A stretch of DNA of 55,371 nucleotides. Source: Rhodocyclaceae bacterium (GTDB taxonomy: Bacteria; Pseudomonadota; Gammaproteobacteria; Burkholderiales; Rhodocyclaceae). Positions 28,399 through 37,196 of this stretch are shown one piece after another. The notes under the pieces were generated by a model. That model was not told where the DNA came from. It saw only the letters and a program-made list of their open reading frames with translations, and searched no databases. Position 1 is the stretch's first letter, and each line of letters opens with the position of its first letter. Both the position numbers and the translations under genes were made by a program. Location of the stretch: positions 1-55,371 of the forward strand of contig JBIJCY010000001.1 of assembly GCA_044344385.1 (NCBI GenBank), in the 5' to 3' direction.

Positions 28399-28882
28399 GT
28401 TCTGCCCGCATTGCGCCGCGCCGCTGGTGTTGCGCAATGCGGTGTCGTTCGGCGGTCTGCCACGGCAGGCTTGCCCGAATGAAGCCTGTGGTTTTGTCTG
28501 GTGGGACAATCCGGCACCCGTTGTCGCGGCGCTCGTCGAATATCACGGTGCGGTTGTTCTGGCGCGCAATCAGGCGTGGGCGCCAGGCGCCTTCGGGCTG
28601 ATCACCGGCTTTCTCGAACGCGATGAAGATCCTGCGATAGCGGTGCTGCGCGAGATCAAGGAAGAGCTTGATCTCGATGCCTCGTCAGCCGACCTGATCG
28701 GCGTCTATTCTTTCACCCGCAACCATGAAGTGCTGATCGTCTACCACGTGGTTGCCGATGGCGCGATCCGGCTCAATGAAGAGCTTGCCGAATACCGGCT
28801 GATCTTGCCGGAAAAACTCAAGGCATGGGATTTTGGCACCGGGCTGGCAGTGCGTGACTGGCTGGCGCGGCGAAGTGAATAG
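28373..28882 (+). CDS. NUDIX hydrolase with an N-terminal zinc ribbon
   Basis: Zinc ribbon CPHC...CPNEAC and Nudix box [23 protein letters not shown]. The start is uncertain: ATG 28373 overlaps the alaS 3' end by 26 nt, and TTG 28382 is an alternative. Confidence 0.75.
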   Translation: MPGLPPSYKFCPHCAAPLVLRNAVSFGGLPRQACPNEACGFVWWDNPAPVVAALVEYHGAVVLARNQAWAPGAFGLITGFLERDEDPAIAVLREIKEELDLDASSADLIGVYSFTRNHEVLIVYHVVADGAIRLNEELAEYRLILPEKLKAWDFGTGLAVRDWLARRSE

Positions 28883-28887
28883 AAGGG

Positions 28888-30147
28888 TTATTCTTCGCTG
28901 TTGCCATTGACCCAGCGCAGTGCGTCGGTCAGGCAGGTGTTCAGCGTCGATCGATCGATCTCTTGTTCACCAAGGCTTTCGAGCAGGACATCGCAGCCAG
29001 CGACGTCTTCGCTGTCAAAACATTCGAGCAGCGCTAGCGTTTGCCCGAGGTCGCCTTCGTTTGCGCAAAGCGCCTGCGTGACTTCGGGTTCGAGACCGAT
29101 CTGTTCGAGGATCTCGTTCATCGGCAAGCCGAGTGCGGCCGGCATCATCGACATGATGCCGGTGATGAACGCCTGATCGGCCAGTGTGCGGTCGCGCGGA
29201 TAGCAATGCTCAACCAGCAGTTCCATCATCCGCCCACGCAGCGCGGCAACCTGTAGCAGCGGCGAGCGGCTGAGGTCGGCGGTGCCGCCGTTCGGCGTCA
29301 TCAGTAGCAGTTGCAGCCAGCGCTGCAACTGGCGCCGGCCAAGCAGTGTGATGGCGTGGCGTAGCGAGCTGACTTTCTGGCCAAATCGGGCGCCACCGAT
29401 GCCGACCGAATTGACGATGCGCAGCAGATTGACCGTCAGTGCAGGCTCCTGCTTGAAGGCGGCTTCGATGGCGGCGGTTTCCGCGTCGCGTCCGACGAGG
29501 TTGATCAAACGAATCAGGCCGCCCTGGGTCGCAGAAAGACGGCGGCCGCTGACGATTTGCGGCTCGGCGAAGAAATGCCCCTGAAAAAAATGGAAACCGA
29601 GTTTTTGGCAGTACGCTAATTGCTCGTGGGTGTTAACGCCGTCGGCGAGTAACTTGAGCGGCAGCCGGAATAGTGAGCCGGCCAAGCTTTCGATAGCGGC
29701 TTCGCTGCAGTTTCTGATGTCGATCTTGACCATGTCGAGCATGGCCAGCAGCGGGGTGCTGCGTTCGTCGAGCCCGGTGTAGTCGGTGAGTGCCAGTGAG
29801 TATCCACGTTCGCGCAGAACGCGACAGCGGGCGAGGGTTAGTTCGTCTGGCGCGGTATCGAGCGTCAGTTCGATGATGACACTGTCGGCCGGCAGCAGTT
29901 CGATCGCATCATCGTGGAGAAAATCGGCACTGACGCAGATGAAGGCGCGGCTGTTGCCGAGTGCGCTGCGTACGCCGAGTTCGGCGTACGCGGCACAGAC
30001 CAGTGCGGCGGCGCCGTTGCAGCGACCCGACGGGTAAAGCGCGTTGTCGCTGTTACGGAACTGCAGTTCGTAGCCAATCAACTCGTTTTGCTGGTCAACA
30101 ATCGGCTGGCGGGTGAGAAAGGCGTCGTTCAGAAATGTTTCGCTCAT
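28888..30147 (-). CDS. EAL + HDOD domain protein (PdeH/YuxH, COG3434 type), paralog 1; EAL motifs partly degenerate
   Basis: 419 aa. RQPIVD...YELQFRN, VKID and FFQGHFF (EAL-like), then a C-terminal HDOD (LLRIVNSVG, SLRHAITLLG, AFITGIMSMMP). Confidence 0.85.
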   Translation of the reverse strand: MSETFLNDAFLTRQPIVDQQNELIGYELQFRNSDNALYPSGRCNGAAALVCAAYAELGVRSALGNSRAFICVSADFLHDDAIELLPADSVIIELTLDTAPDELTLARCRVLRERGYSLALTDYTGLDERSTPLLAMLDMVKIDIRNCSEAAIESLAGSLFRLPLKLLADGVNTHEQLAYCQKLGFHFFQGHFFAEPQIVSGRRLSATQGGLIRLINLVGRDAETAAIEAAFKQEPALTVNLLRIVNSVGIGGARFGQKVSSLRHAITLLGRRQLQRWLQLLLMTPNGGTADLSRSPLLQVAALRGRMMELLVEHCYPRDRTLADQAFITGIMSMMPAALGLPMNEILEQIGLEPEVTQALCANEGDLGQTLALLECFDSEDVAGCDVLLESLGEQEIDRSTLNTCLTDALRWVNGNSEE

Positions 30148-30154
30148 GATTTGT

Positions 30155-31441
30155 CTAATCGGCGGGCTGCGCGCAATTCTCTTCCTGCCCCAAATGGTTG
30201 GCCCACATCAAGGCCTGAGCGATGCAGTTGCTGATGAACTGTGCGTTGAGTACACCTCCGCCCGATAGCTCACCCAGGGCCTCTTCAATGGCCTGCAGGT
30301 CGGTTTGTTCGGTGGCTTCAACCAGCCGCAACAACTCACCGTGCTGGCCGCTGTAATCGTTGAATGCCTGCTTGACGCGTTGTGCTACCGGCAATTGCGC
30401 GAGAATCTCGTCCATCGGTACGCCGAGCAGGGCAGGCATCAGGGACATGATGCCGACCATGAAAGCATGATCGGCAAACTCGCGGTTTTTGAAATGCAGG
30501 CGCTCGGCGAGTAGTTCCATCAAGCGGCCACGTGTGGCCGCCAACTGGAGCAGCGGGTTGACGGTCTGCGCTTCGCCCTTGGGATTGGTGTAGATCAGCA
30601 GTTGCACCCAGCGCTGCAATTGGCGACGCCCGAGGACAGTGATGGCGTGGCGCAGCGAGGTGATCTTGCTCGACATGCCGCTGCCCACCGAGTTAGTCAG
30701 CCGCAGCATGTTGACGGTCAGCCCTGGCTCCAGTTTGAAAGCCTGCTCAACTTCGCTGGTTTCCGCGTCTTCCATCAGCAGGCCGAGCAGACGTATCAGC
30801 GCGAGTTGCGAAGGGTTCAGTTTTTTGCCGGCAATGATCGTCGGCCGGGCAAAGAAATAGCCCTGAAACAGGTCGAAACCAAGATTCAGGCAAAGCGTCA
30901 TTTGTTCGCTGGTTTCCACTTTTTCAGCGAGCAGTTTCTTGCCCAGTGGCTTGAGCTGGGCGATTAGCGCAGACAATGCAGTCGGGTCAAGGTTGAGCAC
31001 ATCGACCTTGATGATCTCAGCCAGTTTGAGCAGTTGCAGATGCGCTTCGCTGGTTTCGATGACGTCGTCTACCGCCAGTGTGAAACCGCGGCGACAAAGT
31101 TGCTCGCAGCGCTCAAGAACATCGGGAGTTGGGGCGACTGATTCGAGAATCTCCAGTACGACCATTTCTTTTGGCAATACCTCGATCAGGTCGCTGAAGA
31201 GAAATTCGTGGTCGACGTTGATGAATGCGCGGTAGGGGCCGAGCGCGTCGCTGACCGAAAATTCGGTGAATGCATTGGCGATGACGCTGGCCGTCGCCTG
31301 CCGCGCATCGAGGATGTCGGCGCGGTTGCCGGCGGTAATCGGGCCGTTGCGGAAGAGCAATTCGTAGGCGAGCAATTGCTGCTCGCGGTCGAGAATCGGC
31401 TGGCGACCGAGGAAAACCTGCTGGTTTTCTGTTTCAGACAT
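30155..31441 (-). CDS. EAL + HDOD domain protein (COG3434 type), paralog 2; full EAL catalytic signature by eye
   Basis: 428 aa. YELLFRN, FINVD, LEILES, LAVDDV, IKVD, AEKVET and LFQGYFF, then HDOD (MLRLTNSVG, SLRHAITVLG, AFMVGIMSLMP). Confidence 0.85.
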   Translation of the reverse strand: MSETENQQVFLGRQPILDREQQLLAYELLFRNGPITAGNRADILDARQATASVIANAFTEFSVSDALGPYRAFINVDHEFLFSDLIEVLPKEMVVLEILESVAPTPDVLERCEQLCRRGFTLAVDDVIETSEAHLQLLKLAEIIKVDVLNLDPTALSALIAQLKPLGKKLLAEKVETSEQMTLCLNLGFDLFQGYFFARPTIIAGKKLNPSQLALIRLLGLLMEDAETSEVEQAFKLEPGLTVNMLRLTNSVGSGMSSKITSLRHAITVLGRRQLQRWVQLLIYTNPKGEAQTVNPLLQLAATRGRLMELLAERLHFKNREFADHAFMVGIMSLMPALLGVPMDEILAQLPVAQRVKQAFNDYSGQHGELLRLVEATEQTDLQAIEEALGELSGGGVLNAQFISNCIAQALMWANHLGQEENCAQPAD

Positions 31442-31471
31442 GGCGCAATCCGGAAGGCGAGGGCTTGATGT

Positions 31472-32740
31472 TCAGGATCGCTCACGATCAAGGTTGTTGG
31501 CCCACGACAAGGCCTGGGTCAGACAGCTATTGAGAAATCTGACGTCGATTCCCGGTAGCTCGCACAGTATCTCTTCGCCAATCTTGCCTCCCTCCTCGGT
31601 GATTTCGATGAGTTCCAGCATGTTGCCTAGCGTGCCGCTTCGCTTGATCAGTGCCAACTGCACATGATCAGCGATCGGCAATTGGGCGAGAATCTCTGTA
31701 ATGCTGGTACTCAGCAGGGTCGGCATGAGCGACAGGATGCCGACCATGAACGCTTGATCGACAAAGTCGCGGTCTTTCTTGTGTTCGGTGCGCAAGCCTT
31801 CCGCGAGTAGTTCCATCATTCTGCCTCGGGTCGCGGCGAGCTGTAGCAGTGGGTTGCTGGTGGGTTTGCCGTTGCCTGAGGTGCTGGTGTATAGGAGGAG
31901 TTGCAGCCAGCGCATCAGTTGCTGACGCCCCAGTACGGTGATGGCGTGGCGCAGCGAGGTGATGCGGATTGACAAACCGCTGCTCGCGGAATTGGTCAGG
32001 CGCAACAGGTTGACGGTGAGTACCGGTTCCTGCTTCAGATGTTTTTCAATTTCGGCGGTGTCGGCATCCTGGATGAGCAGGCCAAGCAGGCGCAGCAGCG
32101 CCAGCTGTGGCGTGTATAAGCGCTTGCCTGAAATAACCGTGGGGTGGGCGAAGTAATAGCCTTGGAAGAAGTCAAAGCCAAGATCATGGCAGCGCTGCAT
32201 TTGTTCGCAACTCTCCACTTTCTCTGCCAGCAACTCCTTGCCCAGCGGGTTCAGCTGGTTGATCAGCGCGCTCAGCGCTTCGGGTGTGATCCGGCTGATG
32301 TCGACCTTGATGATCTCGACCTGTGCCAGCAGGGCGTTGCGTTGCGGAGATTGTTGCGTAGCAGCCTTGGTCGCCAGGATGAAGCCGGCCGCATGCAGTT
32401 CTGCGCAACGCTGGAGTACGTCAGCGTTCGCTTCGACCGTTTCCAGGATTTCCAGAATGACGGACTGTGGCGGTAGCGCGTTGATCAGGTCGCTGAACAG
32501 GAATTCGCGGTCGACCTTGATGAAGCCTTGATACGGCCCCAGCGCATCGGCGACCGAAAACTCGGTGAAGGCGTTGGCAACGACCGTTGCGCTGGCCTGT
32601 GTGCTGTCAAGAAAACTGGCAAAATTGCCGCCGCCGGATTCGCTGCTGCGGAACAGCAGGTCGTAGGCAAAAGTTTGCTGATTGCGGTCCAGAATCGGCT
32701 GGCGGCCGATGAGGACTTCCTGCGGGTCAAGGTCTGACAT
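31472..32740 (-). CDS. EAL + HDOD domain protein (COG3434 type), paralog 3; EAL motifs degenerate
   Basis: 422 aa. YDLLFRS, FIKVD, LEILET, ILATKAATQ (the DD position is lost), IKVD, AEKVES and FFQGYYF, then HDOD (LLRLTNSAS, SLRHAITVLG, AFMVGILSLMP). Confidence 0.85.
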   Translation of the reverse strand: MSDLDPQEVLIGRQPILDRNQQTFAYDLLFRSSESGGGNFASFLDSTQASATVVANAFTEFSVADALGPYQGFIKVDREFLFSDLINALPPQSVILEILETVEANADVLQRCAELHAAGFILATKAATQQSPQRNALLAQVEIIKVDISRITPEALSALINQLNPLGKELLAEKVESCEQMQRCHDLGFDFFQGYYFAHPTVISGKRLYTPQLALLRLLGLLIQDADTAEIEKHLKQEPVLTVNLLRLTNSASSGLSIRITSLRHAITVLGRQQLMRWLQLLLYTSTSGNGKPTSNPLLQLAATRGRMMELLAEGLRTEHKKDRDFVDQAFMVGILSLMPTLLSTSITEILAQLPIADHVQLALIKRSGTLGNMLELIEITEEGGKIGEEILCELPGIDVRFLNSCLTQALSWANNLDRERS

Positions 32741-32772
32741 GGCTTCTCCGTGTGGGCGATCAGCGCTGCGGC

Positions 32773-34152
32773 TCAGAACGGAAGCGCGAGGCCCGGTCGT
32801 GCCGTGGTCAGCACGCGCCGAAAGTCGGACTGGATGCGTTCGAGTGCAGCCGTATTGTCAGCTTCGAATCTTAGCACCACCACGGGTGTTGTGTTCGAGG
32901 GGCGGGCCAGGCCGAAGCCGTCGGCATATTCGACGCGCAGGCCATCAATGGTGATGATCTCGCGCGCACCTTCAAAGTGCGCGTCGCGCCGGAGGTCGTC
33001 GAGCAGCGTGAAAGGCTCGCCTTCGTTCATCTTGATGTTCAGTTCCGGTGTCGAGCTGCTGTTTGGCAAGGCTTTCAGCGTTGCGCTCGGGTCTGCCGAG
33101 CGCGAAAGGATTTCGAGCAGACGAACGGCGGCGTAAAGGCCATCGTCGAAGCCGAACCAGCGCTCCTTGAAAAATACGTGGCCGCTCATTTCGCCGGCCA
33201 GCGGGGCGCCGGTTTCTTTCAGTTTGGCCTTGATCAGCGCGTGGCCGGTTTGCCACATCAGCGGCTCGCCACCGTGTTGGCGAATCCACGGCGCGAGCAG
33301 TCGGGTGCATTTGACGTCGTAGATGATCTGCTGACCGGGGCAGCGCGACAGCACGTCGGCGGCAAAAAGCATCAACTGGCGATCGGGATAGATGATTTCG
33401 CCATCCTTGGTAACCACGCCGAGTCGGTCGCCGTCACCGTCGAAGGCGAGGCCCAGTTCGGCATCGCTACTTTTCAGCGCGGCGATCACGTCGAGTAGAT
33501 TTTCTGGCTTCGACGGGTCGGGATGGTGGTTCGGGAAGGTGCCATCGACTTCGCAGAACAGCTCGGTCAATTCGCAGCCGAGTTTTTTGAACAGCTCGGG
33601 CGCAATGCCACCGGCAACGCCGTTGCCGGCATCGATGACGATCTTCATCGGGCGGGCTAGTTTGACGTCGCCGAGGATGCGTTCGAGGTAGGCACTACGC
33701 ACGTTGGCGTGGCTTACGCTGCCTTGTCCGGTGCTCAATCGGCCGTCTTCGATGCGCTGGCGCAGGGCTTGAATGGCCGCGCCGGCCAGCGTTTCGCCAC
33801 CGATGACCATTTTCAGACCGTTATAGTCCGGCGGGTTATGGCTACCGGTGATTGATACACAGCTGTGGCAGCCGAGGTGGTGTGCGGCGAAGTAGGTGAC
33901 TGGGGTTGGTACGCAGCCAACGTCGATCACGTCGACGCCCGCCGCGCAGATTCCTTCGGCCAGTGCGCTGGCGAATGCGGGGCCGGACAGGCGGCCGTCG
34001 CGGCCGATGGCAATCGAGTTTTGGCCGCGTTCACGCGCCAGTGAACCGAGGCCGTGGCCGATGCGGCGGACGATGTCGGCGGTCAGCGATTTGTCGACGA
34101 TGCCACGGATGTCGTAGGCCTTGAAAATTTCATGGGGCAATGGGGTGTTCAT
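32773..34152 (-). CDS. algC: Phosphomannomutase/phosphoglucomutase
   Basis: 459 aa. FKAYDIRG, active-site SITGSHNPPDYNG, FDGDGDR and GEMSGH. Confidence 0.92.
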   Translation of the reverse strand: MNTPLPHEIFKAYDIRGIVDKSLTADIVRRIGHGLGSLARERGQNSIAIGRDGRLSGPAFASALAEGICAAGVDVIDVGCVPTPVTYFAAHHLGCHSCVSITGSHNPPDYNGLKMVIGGETLAGAAIQALRQRIEDGRLSTGQGSVSHANVRSAYLERILGDVKLARPMKIVIDAGNGVAGGIAPELFKKLGCELTELFCEVDGTFPNHHPDPSKPENLLDVIAALKSSDAELGLAFDGDGDRLGVVTKDGEIIYPDRQLMLFAADVLSRCPGQQIIYDVKCTRLLAPWIRQHGGEPLMWQTGHALIKAKLKETGAPLAGEMSGHVFFKERWFGFDDGLYAAVRLLEILSRSADPSATLKALPNSSSTPELNIKMNEGEPFTLLDDLRRDAHFEGAREIITIDGLRVEYADGFGLARPSNTTPVVVLRFEADNTAALERIQSDFRRVLTTARPGLALPF

Positions 34153-34153
34153 C

Positions 34154-35137
34154 TCAAACCTCGTGCTGAAAAAAATGAAGGATGCGTTGTGGTAGCCAGT
34201 CTAGCCGTCCTGGCAGGCAGGTGCCAGCCGTTGTGTCTATGGTGCTGCCGGTGATAAAGCCGACATGACCGCCCTGACGCGGGAAGTCGAGTTTGACGCT
34301 GGCCGATGCCTGATCCTGTGCCGGCAAGGCTTGCACCGGCAGAAAAGGGTCATTTCTAGCGTTGAGCACCAGTGTCGGTAAGTGGATGGCATTGAGCCAG
34401 GGTTTGCTTGAAGCGCGCAGCCAGTAGTCGTCGGCATTGGTAAAGCCATGCAGCGGCGCAGTGACGGCATCGTCGAACGCATACAGGCTGGTCGCTTCGC
34501 GCATGCGGCGTTCGTTGAACAGGCCGGGGTAGCGTTGCAGCTTGGCTGCAGCATTGGCCTTCAATGTTCGTAGAAAATGTCTTGTATAGACTTTGTTGAA
34601 ACCGCGCCCAAGATGGTGGCCGCAGGCTGTCAGGTCGAGCGGTGCGCTGATTGCGGCTGCCGCGCGAATGCAGCCGGCCGCATCGGACTCACGTTCGCCA
34701 AGCCATTTGAGCAGCGCATTGCCGCCCAGGGAAACGCCGACCGCATAACGCGGACGAGCGGGAAAGCGGTCCTGGATTTGCCGGAGAATCCAGTCGATTT
34801 CGTCGCTGTCGCCCGAGTGGTAAGCGCGCGGCAGTCGGTTGATCTCGCCCGAGCAGCCGCGGAAGTGCGCCACCACACCGCCCCAGCCAATGGCCGCCAG
34901 GGCGCGCATCAGGGCAATTGCATAGTGACTGTTGGAATTGCCTTCGAGGCCGTGAAAAAGCACGACCAGCGGTGTGCTTTGGTCGGCCGTGTCGGCCCAG
35001 TCGAGGTCAATGAAATCGCCGTCCGGCGTATCGCAGCGCTGGCGCCGGTAGGGTAGCGGCTCAGGCTTGATGAGCAGTGGATAGATGGTCTGCGCGTGGC
35101 CGCCGGGCAGCCACTTCGGTGGGCGGTAGCGGATCAA
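34154..35137 (-). CDS. Alpha/beta-fold hydrolase, YheT-like
   Basis: 327 aa. N-terminal PPKWLPGGHAQT, HGLEG, the nucleophile elbow GVSLGGN, and C-terminal NARNDPF and GGHVGF. Confidence 0.85.
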   Translation of the reverse strand: MIRYRPPKWLPGGHAQTIYPLLIKPEPLPYRRQRCDTPDGDFIDLDWADTADQSTPLVVLFHGLEGNSNSHYAIALMRALAAIGWGGVVAHFRGCSGEINRLPRAYHSGDSDEIDWILRQIQDRFPARPRYAVGVSLGGNALLKWLGERESDAAGCIRAAAAISAPLDLTACGHHLGRGFNKVYTRHFLRTLKANAAAKLQRYPGLFNERRMREATSLYAFDDAVTAPLHGFTNADDYWLRASSKPWLNAIHLPTLVLNARNDPFLPVQALPAQDQASASVKLDFPRQGGHVGFITGSTIDTTAGTCLPGRLDWLPQRILHFFQHEV

Positions 35138-35577
35138 TGCAGCGTCCGCGAGGAGCCGTCGTTGCGCTCGTTGGCCCTGGCCTCCTGGGCCGCCTCGGCG
35201 GCGGTTGATGAGTGGTGTGCGAGCAAACGCCAGCCACTGGCGCCGCGTTGAAATACGTTGGTTGCCAGCATCGGGCCGTGCGGCGTTGGTTCGTTGCCGA
35301 GGTAGAGCGTTTCAATGACGTTGTGCACAGTGAGTAACATGCTGTTCCAGTGCACGCTGCGCGTGATGCGCACGGTCAGTTGCGGATTGTTGGCAAAGAT
35401 GGCGCGCCAGCTTTCGCGGATCGCTGCGGCACCGCGCAGGCGCTGGCCGGTCGGGTGGATGCAGACAATTTCTTCATCGTCAGCCCAGACGCTCATCAGG
35501 GCTTCAAGGTTGGCCTGCGCGATGGCTTCGTAAAAAGCGCTTTCCACATCCTCGGCACTGGCAAAAATAGCGCTCAT
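35134..35577 (-). CDS. SnoaL/NTF2-like (DUF4440-like) small protein
   Basis: Start at the internal Met 35577 (MSAIFASAEDVESAFYEAIAQANLEALMSVWADDEEIVCIHP), with stop/start overlaps on both sides. About 147 aa. Confidence 0.6.
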   Translation of the reverse strand: MSAIFASAEDVESAFYEAIAQANLEALMSVWADDEEIVCIHPTGQRLRGAAAIRESWRAIFANNPQLTVRITRSVHWNSMLLTVHNVIETLYLGNEPTPHGPMLATNVFQRGASGWRLLAHHSSTAAEAAQEARANERNDGSSRTLH

Positions 35578-36710
35578 GCCCTGACCCCTTTCGCGCCGCG
35601 AAGCAAGTACTCCTGGGGTGCAGAAACGGGGGAAGAAATCTGACCGGAGGAAATGCAAAGCCCCTGCGCGGAGCCCACCCGAAGGGGTGTGGGGGATGCG
35701 ATGGCGTCCTTGAGGCAGGTATCGAGCACCTGTTGTGCTTCGATTTTGTTCAGACAGTCGAGGTGTCCGAGCGGGCATTCGCGCTTGAAGCAGGGGCTGC
35801 ACGCAAGGTGAAGATTGATGATCCGGGCACGCGTGGACAAGGGCGGTGTGAAGCCGGGCGAAGAGGATCCATAAACGGCAATCAGTGGGCGCTCAAGTGC
35901 GGCAGCAACATGCATCAGTCCTGAGTCGTTGCAGACCACGAATTCGGCACAGGCGATCAGGTCGATGGCTTGAAGCAGCGAGGTGGTGCCGCAGTGGTTT
36001 TTCAGTGGCAAACCGGGGTTCGCCAGCGCAATGATTTCGTCGCCGACGGCCTTGTCTTTTGCTGAACCGAGCAGCCAGATAGTGTAGCCGCGCGCGGCCA
36101 GTTCGTTGGCCAGCGTGGCGAAATGGCGTGCCGGCCAGCGTTTGGCCGGGCCGTATTCAGCACCCGGGCAAAACACGGCGAGTTTCTCAGGTGGCTCGAT
36201 GCCGAGTTTCGTCAGGGTGGCCAGCTGTTGCGTGCTGTTTGATGACAGGCGCGGCAGGGGCAGTGGGCGCGGCAGAATCGCGCCGGGCTTTTCGGCAAGC
36301 TGCGCAAAGCGATCGGCCATTTGTGGCAAGAGTGCTTTGTCGAGTGTGTGGCGACGGTTGATCAGGCCGTAGCGCGATTCGCCAATGAAACCGATGCGGT
36401 CGGGAATGCCGGCAAAGAACGGAATCAGTGCCGACTTGAGCGAATTAGGCAGGATGTAGGCGCGCTGGTAGCCGCCTTGTGACAGCTGTCGCGCCAGACG
36501 GTGACGGGCTTTCAGCGAGAGGTCGCCATGCGCGAACGGGCTGTCGACGATGTGGCTGATTTCCGGCATGCGTTCGAGTACCGGCGCTACCCAGCGTGGC
36601 GCAAGGGCGTCGAGTTGCAGGTCGGGAATGTGTTCGTGCAGCCGCATAAATAGCGGTTGCGCCAGCACGGTGTCGCCAATCCAGGAGGGGGCGACGATCA
36701 GGGCTTTCAT
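35574..36710 (-). CDS. waaF: ADP-heptose--LPS heptosyltransferase II
   Basis: 378 aa. MKALIVAPSWIGDTV, a GT9 pattern (GAEYGPAKRWP, VCNDSGLMHVAAAL, YGSSSP.FTPP) and CSPCF.REC. It carries about 30 extra C-terminal residues relative to typical WaaF. Confidence 0.88.
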   Translation of the reverse strand: MKALIVAPSWIGDTVLAQPLFMRLHEHIPDLQLDALAPRWVAPVLERMPEISHIVDSPFAHGDLSLKARHRLARQLSQGGYQRAYILPNSLKSALIPFFAGIPDRIGFIGESRYGLINRRHTLDKALLPQMADRFAQLAEKPGAILPRPLPLPRLSSNSTQQLATLTKLGIEPPEKLAVFCPGAEYGPAKRWPARHFATLANELAARGYTIWLLGSAKDKAVGDEIIALANPGLPLKNHCGTTSLLQAIDLIACAEFVVCNDSGLMHVAAALERPLIAVYGSSSPGFTPPLSTRARIINLHLACSPCFKRECPLGHLDCLNKIEAQQVLDTCLKDAIASPTPLRVGSAQGLCISSGQISSPVSAPQEYLLRGAKGVRA

Positions 36711-36765
36711 GAGGTGATGGTCTGGCGGCTGCCGAACTCGGGGGCAGTGAAAACATCAAAAACCC

Positions 36766-36856
36766 ACCACAGAGACACGGAGACATAGAGAAAGGCTACA
36801 GAGAAAATCTTTTTAAACAAGTGATTCTCTCTGTGTTTTCTCTGTGTCTCTGTGGT
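36766..36856. repeat. Long hairpin whose arms are tandem 8-mers (CACAGAGA/CACGGAGA/CATAGAGA); terminator-like on the minus strand
   Basis: 36766-36783 pairs with 36839-36856 (17/18 by hand), plus further inner pairing. An A5 run at 36758-36762 gives a T5 run 3 nt after the stem on the minus strand. Confidence 0.7.
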
Positions 36857-36880
36857 AAAGGGGGGGCTTTTCACAGGCTC

Positions 36881-37078
36881 TCAGTGATGTCCCTTGGGCA
36901 ATTCGCCCGTGAAGACATAGCGTGCGCTGCAGTAGGGGCAAACGACTTCGCCGCTATGGGTGACGTCGAGAAAAACGCGCGGATGGCTGGACCACGCCGC
37001 CGCGCCCGGCGTCGGGCAGTGCAGCGGCAGATCATGCGCGGTAACTTCGATGGATTTTGATGCGGTGTTTTCAGCCAT
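36881..37078 (-). CDS. Zinc-finger (zf-CHCC-type) small protein, 65 aa
   Basis: HCP...H.RVFLD......VVCPYCSARYVF matches the zf-CHCC pattern. There is a GAGG RBS. The conserved position between ilvE and waaF is from memory. Confidence 0.7.
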   Translation of the reverse strand: MAENTASKSIEVTAHDLPLHCPTPGAAAWSSHPRVFLDVTHSGEVVCPYCSARYVFTGELPKGHH

Positions 37079-37103
37079 GCTTTGGAACCTCTAAAAAACA
37101 ATT

Positions 37104-37178
37104 AACCACGGCGACACGGCGGGCACGGCGAAAAATTCAAAATTTTGGTTTCGCCGTGCTCGCCGTGTCGCCGTGGTT
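37104..37178. repeat. Near-perfect 30-bp-stem hairpin whose arms are tandem 8/9-mers (CACGGCGA/CACGGCGG/GCACGGCGA); terminator-like on the minus strand
   Basis: 37104-37133 is complementary to 37149-37178 at 29/30 positions by hand, with a 15-nt loop. An A6 run at 37093-37098 gives a T6 run 5 nt after the stem on the minus strand. Confidence 0.8.
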
Positions 37179-37196
37179 TGATCTGGGGTTTTCGGG

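Noticed and set aside
35574-35690. About 30-aa C-terminal extension of WaaF considered as a frameshift, fusion or pseudogene sign
   Set aside because: The frame is continuous and all GT9 motifs are intact. The stop overlaps the next gene's start, which is compatible with normal operon coupling, so the extension is probably genuine or a harmless read-on.
36871-37101. 76-aa alternative-frame ORF overlapping the zf-CHCC gene
   Set aside because: The 65-aa frame carries the CHCC zinc-finger pattern and an RBS. The 76-aa frame is Arg/Ala-rich and runs into hairpin C.
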